DNA from: Limisphaerales bacterium
Lineage (GTDB): Bacteria > Verrucomicrobiota > Verrucomicrobiia > Limisphaerales > UBA11358
NCBI GenBank assembly: GCA_025362675.1
Contig: JANYFN010000306.1
Coordinates: 1-62,594, forward strand
Length of the DNA stretch: 62,594 nt
Reading direction: 5' to 3'
The notes under the pieces: generated by a model
What the model was told of the DNA's origin: nothing
Seen by the model: the letters and a program-made list of their open reading frames with translations, nothing else
The model's database searches: none
In this document: piece by piece, positions 29,822 to 39,600 of the stretch
How positions within the stretch are numbered: the stretch's first letter is position 1
Layout of the letters: the number at the start of each line of letters is the position of its first letter
Program-made: the position numbers and the translations under genes

Positions 29822-31597
29822 ATGAGCGAAATCTCAAAACAACGTTCCGAAGATTTTTTGCAGATCAGCAGCCAGTTTAAACTCGGCGCGCTTGTCACCG
29901 AATCGTCGCATCCCGTCACGACGAACTTGAGCGAGGTCTCCAAACAGGATATCGCCGCCGCCTTGGAACTCTTATTTGAAGTCGATGAGGATGTGCTTAA
30001 AAAATTCCAAGAATTCGCCGCGACCGGGCGGGCGGAAGCCATCGCCGCCACTTTGGTTCAAACCTTGAAAAATGGCGGGCGGATTTTCTTTACCGGCTGC
30101 GGCTCGACCGGACGCTTGAGTATTTTGCTGGATTCGGTCTGGCGCGATTTTTGGAAGCAGCAAAAAAATCCCGACCTCGAAAACCGCACGTTCAGCGTGA
30201 TGGCAGGCGGTGATTACGCGCTCATAAAAAGTGTCGAAGGCTTTGAAGACTTTACCGATTTCGGTAAAAAACAAATGTCCGATTTGAACGTCGGGGCCAA
30301 CGATGCCGTCTTCGCGATCACCGAGGGAGGCGAAACTTCTTTCGTCATCGGCACGGCGTGGAAAGGCGTGGCGGCCGGGGCGAAAGTCTATTTTGTCTAT
30401 AATAATCCCGACGATATTTTGTGCGAGCACGTTCAGCGCAGCCGCGAAATCATTCAAGACGCGCGGATTGAAAAAATAAATCTCACCACCGGACCGATGG
30501 CGATCACCGGCTCCACGCGGATGCAGGCGACCTCGATTCAACTGGCGGTGATGTTGACGATTTTGGAAATCGTGGCGCGGGAAATGTCCGGTCAGACCGC
30601 AACGAATGTGGCGGCAGATTTCGCCGCGCAGTTCACCGAATTGCTGGCGACGTTACGCTCGAAAGATTTGTGCGCGCAACTGGCGAAGCTTGTCGCGTTT
30701 GAGGAACGAACTTATCGGAGCGGCGGCAAAAACAATTATTTCACCAGCCGTTTCGGCATTGATGTCCTGACCGACACCACCGAGCGTTCACCAACATTTT
30801 GCACGCCGCCGTTCCGCAAATTTGACGATGCGACGGCGACGGAATCGTGGTCGTTTCTGTTCATGCCGGACGACTGGACAGACAATGCCTGGGCGAATAT
30901 TTTAAAGCGTGAACCACGTTGTCTCGGCTGGAGCAAATTGGAAGTCCGCGCTTTAGTGGGCGAACTGGAAATGGAGCGCGTGCTGGAAATCGTCAATAAA
31001 ATCAAGGTGAGCGAGCTGATGCGTTTCAAGGTAGGCAGCAACGGCATTCGTTATCGAGCGCAGGGTTTTGGCGACAGCGCGGTGGCCATTTTTTCAAATC
31101 TGGAGAACACTTCGTTTCACATCAGCGCCCTGAAACGGGCGGCGGAATTACAGTCGCGCACAGCGAAGGTGGTGTTCGTTTCCAAGTCGCCGTCCGGCAA
31201 ATCATCTTCCGCCATTCAAGATTGTCTCGTGACGAATGTGCCGTTGCCCGAAACGCATTTCCTGCTCGACGGGATCACGCGGCTGGCGGTGAAACTGGTG
31301 ATGAATGCCGTTTCAACTTGCACCATGGTGCGGCTCGGAAGGGTGATGGGTAATTTCATGGTGTGGGTGGTGCCGAGCAATTTGAAACTCATCGACCGGG
31401 CGACACGCTACATCACGAAGCTCACGGGGCTAGAGTATGCGGCGGCCAATGCACTGTTGTTCGAGATCATCGAATACGTCGAACCGCGCATGAAAAGTGA
31501 TCAGGCATATCCGCCCGTGGTGGAGATGGCGGTGCTCCGGGCGAAAGAAAATTTGTCGAACGAAGAAGCGGAGCAGCGCTTGCAGGCCGTGCGCTGA
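29822..31597 (+). CDS. Long SIS-domain protein (MurQ etherase / glucokinase-regulator-like)
   Basis: LVTESSHP, GCGSTGRL, AGGD...VEGFED, GPMAITGSTRMQA, KLVMNAVST..MVRLG..MGNFM..V.PSNLKLIDR. Confidence 0.8.
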   Translation: MSEISKQRSEDFLQISSQFKLGALVTESSHPVTTNLSEVSKQDIAAALELLFEVDEDVLKKFQEFAATGRAEAIAATLVQTLKNGGRIFFTGCGSTGRLSILLDSVWRDFWKQQKNPDLENRTFSVMAGGDYALIKSVEGFEDFTDFGKKQMSDLNVGANDAVFAITEGGETSFVIGTAWKGVAAGAKVYFVYNNPDDILCEHVQRSREIIQDARIEKINLTTGPMAITGSTRMQATSIQLAVMLTILEIVAREMSGQTATNVAADFAAQFTELLATLRSKDLCAQLAKLVAFEERTYRSGGKNNYFTSRFGIDVLTDTTERSPTFCTPPFRKFDDATATESWSFLFMPDDWTDNAWANILKREPRCLGWSKLEVRALVGELEMERVLEIVNKIKVSELMRFKVGSNGIRYRAQGFGDSAVAIFSNLENTSFHISALKRAAELQSRTAKVVFVSKSPSGKSSSAIQDCLVTNVPLPETHFLLDGITRLAVKLVMNAVSTCTMVRLGRVMGNFMVWVVPSNLKLIDRATRYITKLTGLEYAAANALLFEIIEYVEPRMKSDQAYPPVVEMAVLRAKENLSNEEAEQRLQAVR

Positions 31598-31605
31598 CTG
31601 CCTGA

Positions 31606-32031
31606 TTAATGCGAAATCGTTTTGGTCTCGGGCGAGCGGCGACTTTCGGGCCAGAATGGTTTTTGAAACGCGTCCACAAAACTGTAGCCGTTTTGAAAAT
31701 CAGCCCGCGAATCGGTTTTCGTTTTTGCGAGCAGTCCGATTTCGACCATGCTGAAAACGATTTCGCCGAAATCTTTGCAATGGCGCACGCCCCATTCCTC
31801 AAAAACCGTGACCGTCATCGGCCCAAATTCTTTCAGGGCAAGTTCACGGATGCCGTCCAGCAGTTGCGGGCCGGTGACGTGTTTTTCTTCGCGCGTCTCC
31901 CGATGTTCCTTATGCACCTGACGCTTGGTGAGCGCGAGCGCATCGCGCACGAAGCAGAAAGCGTCGCGGGCATAGCGCGCGTCTTGCGCGAGGATTTTTT
32001 CCACGGCGTCATCGAAATCAATCTCGTGCAT
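31606..32031 (-). CDS. Minf_1886 family (PVC conserved hypothetical) protein
   Basis: DARYARDAFCFV, HVTGPQLLDGIR, FEEWGV...DFGEIVF, DSRADF. Confidence 0.85.
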   Translation of the reverse strand: MHEIDFDDAVEKILAQDARYARDAFCFVRDALALTKRQVHKEHRETREEKHVTGPQLLDGIRELALKEFGPMTVTVFEEWGVRHCKDFGEIVFSMVEIGLLAKTKTDSRADFQNGYSFVDAFQKPFWPESRRSPETKTISH

Positions 32032-32158
32032 GGGTGTTTTCTGAAATAGTCACGGTGGTCGGGTGCGTCAGTCGATAATGTTTCACTAGCAGGCCGACCA
32101 GCAGGAGGCTCGCCACTGTGACGATGAATATAATTTCCTGATGCGTCAGCCGATTCAC
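32018..32158 (-). CDS. Small membrane protein (46 aa)
   Basis: GTG start; NRLTHQE followed by a hydrophobic helix and VKHYR; overlaps the start of the next gene. Confidence 0.5.
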   Translation of the reverse strand: MNRLTHQEIIFIVTVASLLLVGLLVKHYRLTHPTTVTISENTHARD

Positions 32159-32252
32159 GCGCAGGAGAATAAGCAGCGGCGGCGAACTCGGCAAGTTTGG
32201 CGGGGCTTTATTTCTTGCTCCTGGCCAAGCTCGTTTGTAGCCTGCGCGGGTC

Positions 32253-33008
32253 ATGGCAGCCATTGGCCGGTTCCAAAAAAACAACGAAATCTTTCACGCG
32301 AAAATCGTTGATGGTGAATTGTTCCGCCTGCAAGGCGATGTTTTTGGGGCTCCTTCATTTGAACGTAAACCCACCCCGCGCAAAGGCGTGAAAACGCTCG
32401 TGCCCGTCGTGCCGACAAAAATTATTGCGGTTGGTATTAATTACCTCGATCACGCCCGGGAGATGGGACGCGAACTGCCCAAAGAACCGCTCATCTGGTT
32501 CAAAGCCACGACTTCATTGCTGGCCGACGGCGGAAAAATTGAAATCCCCTTTTCCGAACACCGCACTGATTTCGAAGCCGAACTTGCCATCGTCATCGGC
32601 CGGAAAATTCGCAACGTCTCCCCGACTCAGGCCACGCGCTATATTTTCGGCTACACCGCCGCGCAGGATATCAGCGATCGTAACATTCAAAAAGCTGATG
32701 GCCAGTGGGCGCGCGCTAAATCTTTCGATACCTTCACGCCGTTGGGACCGTATGTAGAAACGATGTTGGACGCCTCGGAATTAAGCATTCAGCAATTTCA
32801 AAACGGCCAACTTCGCCAGAATTCCAACACCAAGCAACTCATCTTCAAGCCCGCCCAAATCGTCAGCTTTGTCTCCACCAACCTCACGCTATTGCCCGGC
32901 GATGTCATTCTCACCGGCACGCCCAGCGGCGTTGGTCCCATCAAGAGCGGCGATAAACTGGAGGTCAGGATTGAAGGTCTGGCACCGTTAAATAACACGG
33001 TAAAATAA
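32253..33008 (+). CDS. Fumarylacetoacetate hydrolase family protein
   Basis: KIIAVGINYLDH, DFEAEL, DISDR, AKSFDTF, GDVILTGTPSGVG. Confidence 0.93.
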   Translation: MAAIGRFQKNNEIFHAKIVDGELFRLQGDVFGAPSFERKPTPRKGVKTLVPVVPTKIIAVGINYLDHAREMGRELPKEPLIWFKATTSLLADGGKIEIPFSEHRTDFEAELAIVIGRKIRNVSPTQATRYIFGYTAAQDISDRNIQKADGQWARAKSFDTFTPLGPYVETMLDASELSIQQFQNGQLRQNSNTKQLIFKPAQIVSFVSTNLTLLPGDVILTGTPSGVGPIKSGDKLEVRIEGLAPLNNTVK

Positions 33009-33053
33009 TTTCCCGCCGCCAGCTCAAGTTCAGCGGGACGCGATCAAGAGTAT

Positions 33054-34283
33054 TTAATTTCCCGCCGCCAGATTCTTGTTCGCCGTATTCACAAAGTTTG
33101 TGGTCACGACTTCGCCAATCCGGTTGACCAATTGGCCGACTGGATTGCCATGATAACGTCGCCCCATCGCGTAAGGATAAATGGGCTGGCCGTCCGCATT
33201 GATCGTGGTGAAATAAGCGTAAGTTCCCTGGGGAAATTCCGGCGTCACACACCAGCGACCATTCAATTCATCGAGGTCAAAATCTTTTCCCAAGGTTTTT
33301 CCGCAGTCTCCAAGATACGCATAGTCCTCGAGGTAATGGCCGAGCGGATACCATTCACTGACGGCTGGACCCGCCTCGGAATTTTTCAGGATCGCCAAAC
33401 AATTTTGCTCGCGCGCGTCCCACTCTGGCAAGGTTTTGCGGCCGTTGGCTGCGAGATCGTCCGCGCCGTTCCTTCCATCGCGCAAAACGAAACCGGAAAC
33501 CATGCGTCGCACGCCGCTTGCCGGATTCGTCGGGTTACTAAATCCAAAAGGTCCGTAGATTGGATAACCATCCTGCATCCAGCCGAGAATCGGTGAATGT
33601 TTTGTTGGAGCCGATTTGCTCTCACCATATGTTTTCGTAGCGGGATCAAAGTCCACGTGGTCGCCAAGCAGATAGCGCAACGCGATCGGTTCGACATGAT
33701 AATGATAAGTGCCCCAGTTTTGCTGATGCGCCAGCGCCGCGTCAAATGTTTGACCCTCATTCACCAGCGCGTCGCGATTCCAGATATGATCACCCTGACC
33801 AATGCCTGCGCGCGGATCAGCGTCACGCCCCGCTTGATGGGAGTAGGAAAATGCATCGCCCGCGTCAAACATCCGCACGCCATCCACGAACATGCCGATC
33901 TCGTTAAGCCGATTAAAGCGATTGCCAGTTTGCACCGCCGGATGACGCGGGATGGCGAAAATAAAATGCTGATCAATCGGTAAATTAGGGAAACGTCCAT
34001 TCTGCCACGGCCCCATGATCTGGCTCCCGAGGCCGGTGCTGCGGATGTAAATCCAGTTTGACGACGACAAAATTGCCTGCACGCCGCAGTAAGCTGGCTG
34101 CGGCTGCGAGTTACGACCGTTGCTCCAGGTCGTGACCGGTTTGTCCGCTGATTTTTCCGCCGGCGTGCGATAAATTTGAGCAAATTTTCCCGAGTCGAGC
34201 GTGAACCACGAAGTCAGTTGCGGATCAGCAAAACCATTCGTGACCAGCAACCCAAGAATCGCCGCAGCAAACATATTTTTCAT
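33054..34283 (-). CDS. Secreted YHYH domain protein
   Basis: Signal peptide; GTYHYH, HSPILGWMQDGYPIYGP, DLDELNGR...TPEFP.GTYAYF. Confidence 0.88.
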   Translation of the reverse strand: MKNMFAAAILGLLVTNGFADPQLTSWFTLDSGKFAQIYRTPAEKSADKPVTTWSNGRNSQPQPAYCGVQAILSSSNWIYIRSTGLGSQIMGPWQNGRFPNLPIDQHFIFAIPRHPAVQTGNRFNRLNEIGMFVDGVRMFDAGDAFSYSHQAGRDADPRAGIGQGDHIWNRDALVNEGQTFDAALAHQQNWGTYHYHVEPIALRYLLGDHVDFDPATKTYGESKSAPTKHSPILGWMQDGYPIYGPFGFSNPTNPASGVRRMVSGFVLRDGRNGADDLAANGRKTLPEWDAREQNCLAILKNSEAGPAVSEWYPLGHYLEDYAYLGDCGKTLGKDFDLDELNGRWCVTPEFPQGTYAYFTTINADGQPIYPYAMGRRYHGNPVGQLVNRIGEVVTTNFVNTANKNLAAGN

Positions 34284-34351
34284 CCGTTCATACTATATGA
34301 AAGAACATTAAGACTTCATGAAGGAAAAGCAGCCGGCTGACGATTCAGGAA

Positions 34352-34739
34352 TTATTTTTGCTCCGGTGACTGCGCGCCGGTTTTCTCAACGGCATTTTCG
34401 GCCACCGCTTTTTCGAGATAGTCCACGGCGTCCAGATGCACCGCTGCGAGTTCGTCGCCGGTCATCGCCACATCCAGCCAGTGTGAATGTTGCGCACCCG
34501 GCACACGCCGTTTGTTGAATTCAATCGCCGCACAATTCGCCAGCGCGGTGTTGAAATCGTTGACTGCCTCCTCTTTGTCGCGAAACCGTTTTTCTACTTC
34601 CCGTTCCTGCTCCGGTTTCAAGTTCAACTTGCGCACTCGCTTCATCAGCGACGCCACGCGTAGCGGCGGGTGGCGGAGCGTTATTGGTTTGAACCGGCAG
34701 GGTCGGTGGAATTTGAGGCGAATTATTTTCAATGTCCAT
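34352..34739 (-). pseudogene. Possibly frameshifted phage-like hypothetical gene
   Basis: MDIENNSPQIPPTLP... in one frame continues as LRVASLMKRVRKLNLKPEQERE...EQK in another. Confidence 0.3.
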
Positions 34740-34955
34740 TGTGGTGGTGCGTTGATGCGTCCCAATGCTGTCAGCGCGGAGGCAAATGTGAAGATGGCAC
34801 AGAAGGACAGGTTTCCGCCAACCGCACCGCTGCCAGGGTTTTGAGAAAAAGCCTCACATAGACCCACTGAGTCCGGTAAAAAGTCGGTCAGAGTCAGAGT
34901 GGGTGTTAGTGGGGATTTTGTGAAGATACAAAATGCACAAGAGGCTTGTCCCCGG

Positions 34956-34984
34956 TTGACAAAGCCAAAAAAAAGAGTTACATA
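34956..34984 (+). promoter_or_regulatory. Putative sigma70 promoter of the toxin-antitoxin operon
   Basis: TTGACA (34956-34961), 17-nt spacer, TACATA, about 10 nt before the antitoxin ATG. Confidence 0.5.
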
Positions 34985-34993
34985 CATTTTGTC

Positions 34994-35245
34994 ATGACTG
35001 CTACATACACCGTCCGAGAAGTCCAAGCCAATCTGTCTAAACTTTGCAACTCCGGCCAGCGGTTTGTAATCGCCCGCCGCAACGAGCCAGTCTATGTGGC
35101 CATGCCGCTGGCCGAGTTCGACGCCTTGCTCGAAACGATGGAACTGCTTTCCAACCCCGACGCGATGAAAACATTGCGGGCGGCCAAGGCGGGCAAGTTG
35201 AAATACAAGGAACTGGATTTGAACGATGAAAATTTCGGCCTCTGA
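34994..35245 (+). CDS. Phd/YefM family antitoxin
   Basis: TYTVREVQANLSKL..FVIARRNEPV..FDALLETMELLSNP. Confidence 0.88.
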   Translation: MTATYTVREVQANLSKLCNSGQRFVIARRNEPVYVAMPLAEFDALLETMELLSNPDAMKTLRAAKAGKLKYKELDLNDENFGL

Positions 35246-35507
35246 ACAGGTGCAAGGCTGGCTCGTGGCTCTGCCGCCCGAAACCAAAAAGCGCGTGCGG
35301 CTCGCCTTGCGTGATCTGGGAAAAAACCGGGGCGACATCCGCGCACTGCAAAAAGAATTGGCGGGTTGGTGTCGGCTCCGTGTCGGCGGGCTGCGGATTG
35401 TCTATCGCACGCTGCCCGGAAAAATCATCCGCCTCGAATATGCGGATAGACGCGACGTGGTTTATGAAAATTTCCTCGAAGTCCTCGCCCGCAAACGCGG
35501 TCAATAA
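35226..35507 (+). CDS. RelE/ParE family toxin
   Basis: Basic 93-aa protein; LAGWCRLRVGGLRIVY...RRDVVYE; overlaps the antitoxin. Confidence 0.85.
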   Translation: MKISASEQVQGWLVALPPETKKRVRLALRDLGKNRGDIRALQKELAGWCRLRVGGLRIVYRTLPGKIIRLEYADRRDVVYENFLEVLARKRGQ

Positions 35508-35626
35508 AAAGTTGCCGCCCGCTGACTAGGCGAGCGGCGGATTAGTCGCAGGCCACTTTTGACAGGCCGCATCATCACCGGATTTTTCTCCGTGGTCTGG
35601 GAGTGCGCCGGTGAACCAAATTGTTT

Positions 35627-35986
35627 TCATTCGCTCTGCTCCAGTCGGAAAATCCGGTAATGCGCCTTGTTGCCGCGATTGGTTTTGATGATTCGCCGCG
35701 TCGCTTCCGAAAGTTCCATGAGCATGATTCCCGACCGGTTGCCGTTGTAAAACATCCTATCCATCATGCCCGTTTTTTTGCCGTCGCTGTCTTTGTCGAG
35801 GCCGCGCATTTCCTGCTCAAATTCGCTCGCACTGCCTTCCCACAACGGGTTTTCTTCGCCGATGAGGTTGAGGTTGTCAATCATTTCCAAGAGCCGCATT
35901 TCGAGCTGTAGCTCCATCAGCGCATTTTCAATCTGCGTATGCCAGAACAGCGGGCAACCCGTCCGGTTTGGCTTGGCGTAAATCAC
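35627..35986 (-). pseudogene. Possible C-terminal fragment of a phage/satellite primase-helicase
   Basis: WEGSASEFEQEM...GIMLMELS...TNRGNKAHYRIF resembles such winged-helix tails; no upstream part, lies near the IS630 remnant. Confidence 0.35.
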
Positions 35987-36089
35987 TTTACCCGGCCACT
36001 ACTCGTTAAGCAAAAACTTCGGAGATGCCTATGCTGAAAGGTATCTTTGAAAGAAAAATTCTGGCTCTGTAAACGCAACTCATCCCCGC

Positions 36090-36437
36090 GCTTACTGCCC
36101 ACCGGCAGTTCCGGCACGAGCACTTGCTCGAAGTCGGCGGCCACCACTTCCGTGGTGCCACGGCCTTGAAAGACCAGTGGCGCGACCCGTTTGCCCTGCG
36201 GCGAGGCGGCAATGCGCCAGGTGCCCCGACTGGTTTTCGGCGGCAAGCCCCCCTTTTTTGGCAGCGGTTAAATACCGATAAACCGAACTGCGGGCCAGCT
36301 CAAACCGGCGCGCGGCTTCGGCCTTGGAACCGCCGTTTTGAATGAATTTCATCACCTGTTCCCGCAAGTCCAACGCATCGGCGTTCAGGCCGCCGACTTT
36401 AGCAGCTAGTGTCCCAAGGTAATCGTGAAACGCTATA
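36090..36437 (-). mobile_element. Internally deleted IS630-family remnant
   Basis: LDLREQV..GGSKAEAARRF..ARSSVYRYL HTH joined to IAA...APLVFQG..TEVV..FEQVLVPELPVGS DDE fragment; end TATAGCGTTTCACGATTACCTTGGGACA. Confidence 0.85.
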
Positions 36438-36550
36438 GCTGGTTCGGCGGCAAAAGAGTTCGGATATAAAGTCCATCCCGAACTACTTCATGCGGAGTGT
36501 TCCCAGCGCGATGTGGATGCTGGTTGCCACCGACCGCAACCCACACCCAT

Positions 36551-36581
36551 AAAAAAACGGGACGGCTTTCGCCGTCCCGTT
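36551..36581 (-). terminator. Intrinsic terminator of the 1258-aa gene
   Basis: aacgggacggc-tttc-gccgtcccgtt stem followed by a U-run on the minus strand. Confidence 0.88.
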
Positions 36582-36602
36582 CAAGCTCCGGGTAGTTTTA
36601 GC

Positions 36603-39600
36603 TTACGGATAAATTAGGCGGAAGAATCCAGCCTTGTTGGTGCGGATAATAGGAATGGTAATCAAATTGGTGCTGGCCGAGCCGGTGATGGTAGCCCAAT
36701 CATTCGTGTTCCGGCTGATGCCGTTGGCGAGGTTGTTCGTCTGGGACAGCAAACGCCAGCCGATGTGATCAAAGGGCCAGGACAGGGTGAGATTTGTCCC
36801 GCTCACCGAGGCGACGATGTTGGTTGGTGTCGTATTCACGGTGACGGCGTTGGTAACGGTGATGTTAGCCGGCGATGAACTGATCGTGCTGCTGCCGTCA
36901 TAAGTGACCTGCGCGAGCAGCGTGTGAATGCCGGTGGTCGCGCCGGTCCAAGTGAATTGATATGGCGGCACGGTAGATTGGCCGAGCAAGGTCGCGCTGT
37001 CGTAAAACTTCACGGCTCCGATGGCGTGGCCGTTCGTGGTGACGGAAGCCGTCAGCAATATGTTTGGAGACGCAGAGAGTGTGCTCCCGTCCGCCGGTGC
37101 GGTGAGGATCACGGCGGGCAGCGTGGCCAGCGAGGCGGAAACTAAATTGCCGATTTGCGAACCGGTAAGCGTTTGATTGAAGATGGCCACTTCGTCCATT
37201 CCGCCACTGTAACGGCCATAAGGACTGTTGCCGAGCAAGCTGGCGCTGTTGAATGCGGCGTTGGCGTTGGGGCTGGTGTTGGTCCACGACGCCAGCGTCG
37301 AGTTGGTGGCCATGTAAAGGATGGTGTTGGTTGAGCTGACCGCGAGCGCAACCAACGTCCACTGATTGCTTGGCACGACGAGGCTGGAAACTTGTAAATT
37401 ACCGTTCCAATAAAACGCAAGCTGATTGTTGTGGTCGCCGAGCAATAACTGGGCGCGGCTGCCGCCGCTGCCCTCCCAAGTGAAAATGCCGGGGTAATAT
37501 TCCAAGGCGTTGATGTTGATCCACGCGGTCATCGTGACGGTGTTAGTGTTCAGATTCAGTGCCGGAACGGAAACACTCGTGTCCGAGCCGTTGAATTGAT
37601 ACGCGGTGTTGCCCGTTTCAAAACCGGGGAACGCGGGCGCGGTCGGGCCGCTCGCGCCGAGGATGAGACTGCCTAGATTGGTGCCGTTGAAACCGCCGAC
37701 AGAATCAATCGCCGTCGGGCCGGAAGTTTCGTTCAACCGCCAGAAAGCGACTGGGCCAGCCGCGAGCGTCTGCGTGCGGTAAGGCGGCGAAAGAATGATT
37801 GTCAGCGGCGACGCTGAACTGGTTACTGTGCCTTCGGCGTTGCTGACGATCACGCGATAAAGACCGGCGTTCGTCGGCTGCGCGTTGTTCAGCGTGAATG
37901 TCGTGCTCGTTGCGCCGGAAATGTTGTTGCCGTCGTATTGCCATTGATACGTCAGCGTCGGCGTGCCGATGGCCGAGGCGGAGAATGTGATGTTGGAGCC
38001 GACATAAGCCACCGCTGGCGACGGAGTGACGATTGCCGTGGGTGGGCCAAGTGGAATCTGCCAGATACCGCGCCCGCCGGTGGCCGCGATTAAATTGTTA
38101 CGCATCCAAGTTAGCTGCGCAGTGGTGACATCCGCCGGGCCTTCGTTGTTCGGCGACCACGTTGCGCCATAGTCCGCCGAGCCAAAGATTCCGATCTGCG
38201 TGCCAATGTAGAGATAGTTATGATTGAACGGGGCAATCGCCAGCGTGCGAATAGGGACGGCGGGCAGATTGCCGGCGAGATTACTCCAGGTGGTGCCACC
38301 GTCGGTCGTGCGATACACGTTGTCCGCGCTGAAGCCGCCGAACGTGGCATACACGATGTTAGCGTTGGTGGAGTCAATCGTGAGGCTGTTACAAAAGCGG
38401 CCCGGAAGATTGGGCGTGCCGAGATTCTTTTGCGTCCAAGTAGGATTGGCAGCGGTGCCGTTGGCAGTGGAATAAATTGATCCGTCGTTGTATCCAACCC
38501 AAATGATGTCCGAGTTGCCTTGCGCCACGGCGATGGCGCCGATGAACTCGCCGCTGGCAATGCCCGCTTTGATGCTGGTCCACACCACATTGGTGGGCGA
38601 GGCGGCTTTTACATTGACGCTGCGCCAAAGATTGCTGCCGCCTGCGAGCATCGTGTTCTGATTGTTCGGATCAAGGATGAAGGGCGCGATAAAGTTGGCG
38701 CTAGAGGAGAGGATAGCATCGGGATCACCCGGGTCAGCCACGCCGCCGGAATCACCGAGGTTATTGAAGATGTAGGTTTGGTTAACCGCCCCGTCGCTGC
38801 TGCGGTAAATCTGCAAATTAATATACTCGCCGTAGAAATAGTTCGGGTCCGTCTGGTCGGCGGCACAAGTGCCGCCGTCACCGCCGCCCCAAGTGGTCCA
38901 TCCCTGTGAACCGCCGCTGGGAGTGTAACGCACCGAGCCGTTATCCTGCGCGCCACCAATGATCGTGCCGGAAGTAGGGTTGCCGGCTGAGCTATAAAAA
39001 TCGGTCACACCCATATTATGAACCAGAAAGCTCCAACCGCTGGTCAGCGATACGGTAAAAATGTTGGTGGCGGAATAAATGCCTCCGTCGTTGCCGAAAT
39101 AAACGGTCGTCTGGCTGGTGCCGTTGAAGTTGGCGGCGCTGGCGATGGTCTGCTGGTCGGCATGGGCGGAAGTGGGCGCACTGAACCATTGGCTGATCTG
39201 GGTCAGATTGCTGCCGCCATCCGTGCTGCGGTATATGTCAAGACCACCGACGACCAAATTGTTTAGATTCGTCGGGTCAACCCAGATGCAGTTGGCATAC
39301 CAGCCCTGCGTCCCCAGATAATTTGTGCCGGTCAGGTATTTACCCGAGTTTCGCAAGCTATAAGACGCCCCGCCATTCGTCGAAATAAAGATTGCCCCGC
39401 CATTGGTGTCCTCGGAGGCATACACAATGTTCGGGCTGGACGGCGCATAGGCCACTTCGATGCGTCCGTCGGGCGCCATTCCGATGCCCGTGGCTTGCGT
39501 CCAAGTCACACCGGCATTGGTCGAATAAAGCGCCCGCGACGGAGTGAAGATCGGGCTGCCCGAGGCGATACATTTGCTGCCATCCGTCGGATGGAAGGCG

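Noticed and set aside
34352..35338. 328-aa minus-strand ORF
   Set aside because: The N-terminal two-thirds is antisense to the TA pair and its promoter; only the last roughly 100 codons look protein-like.
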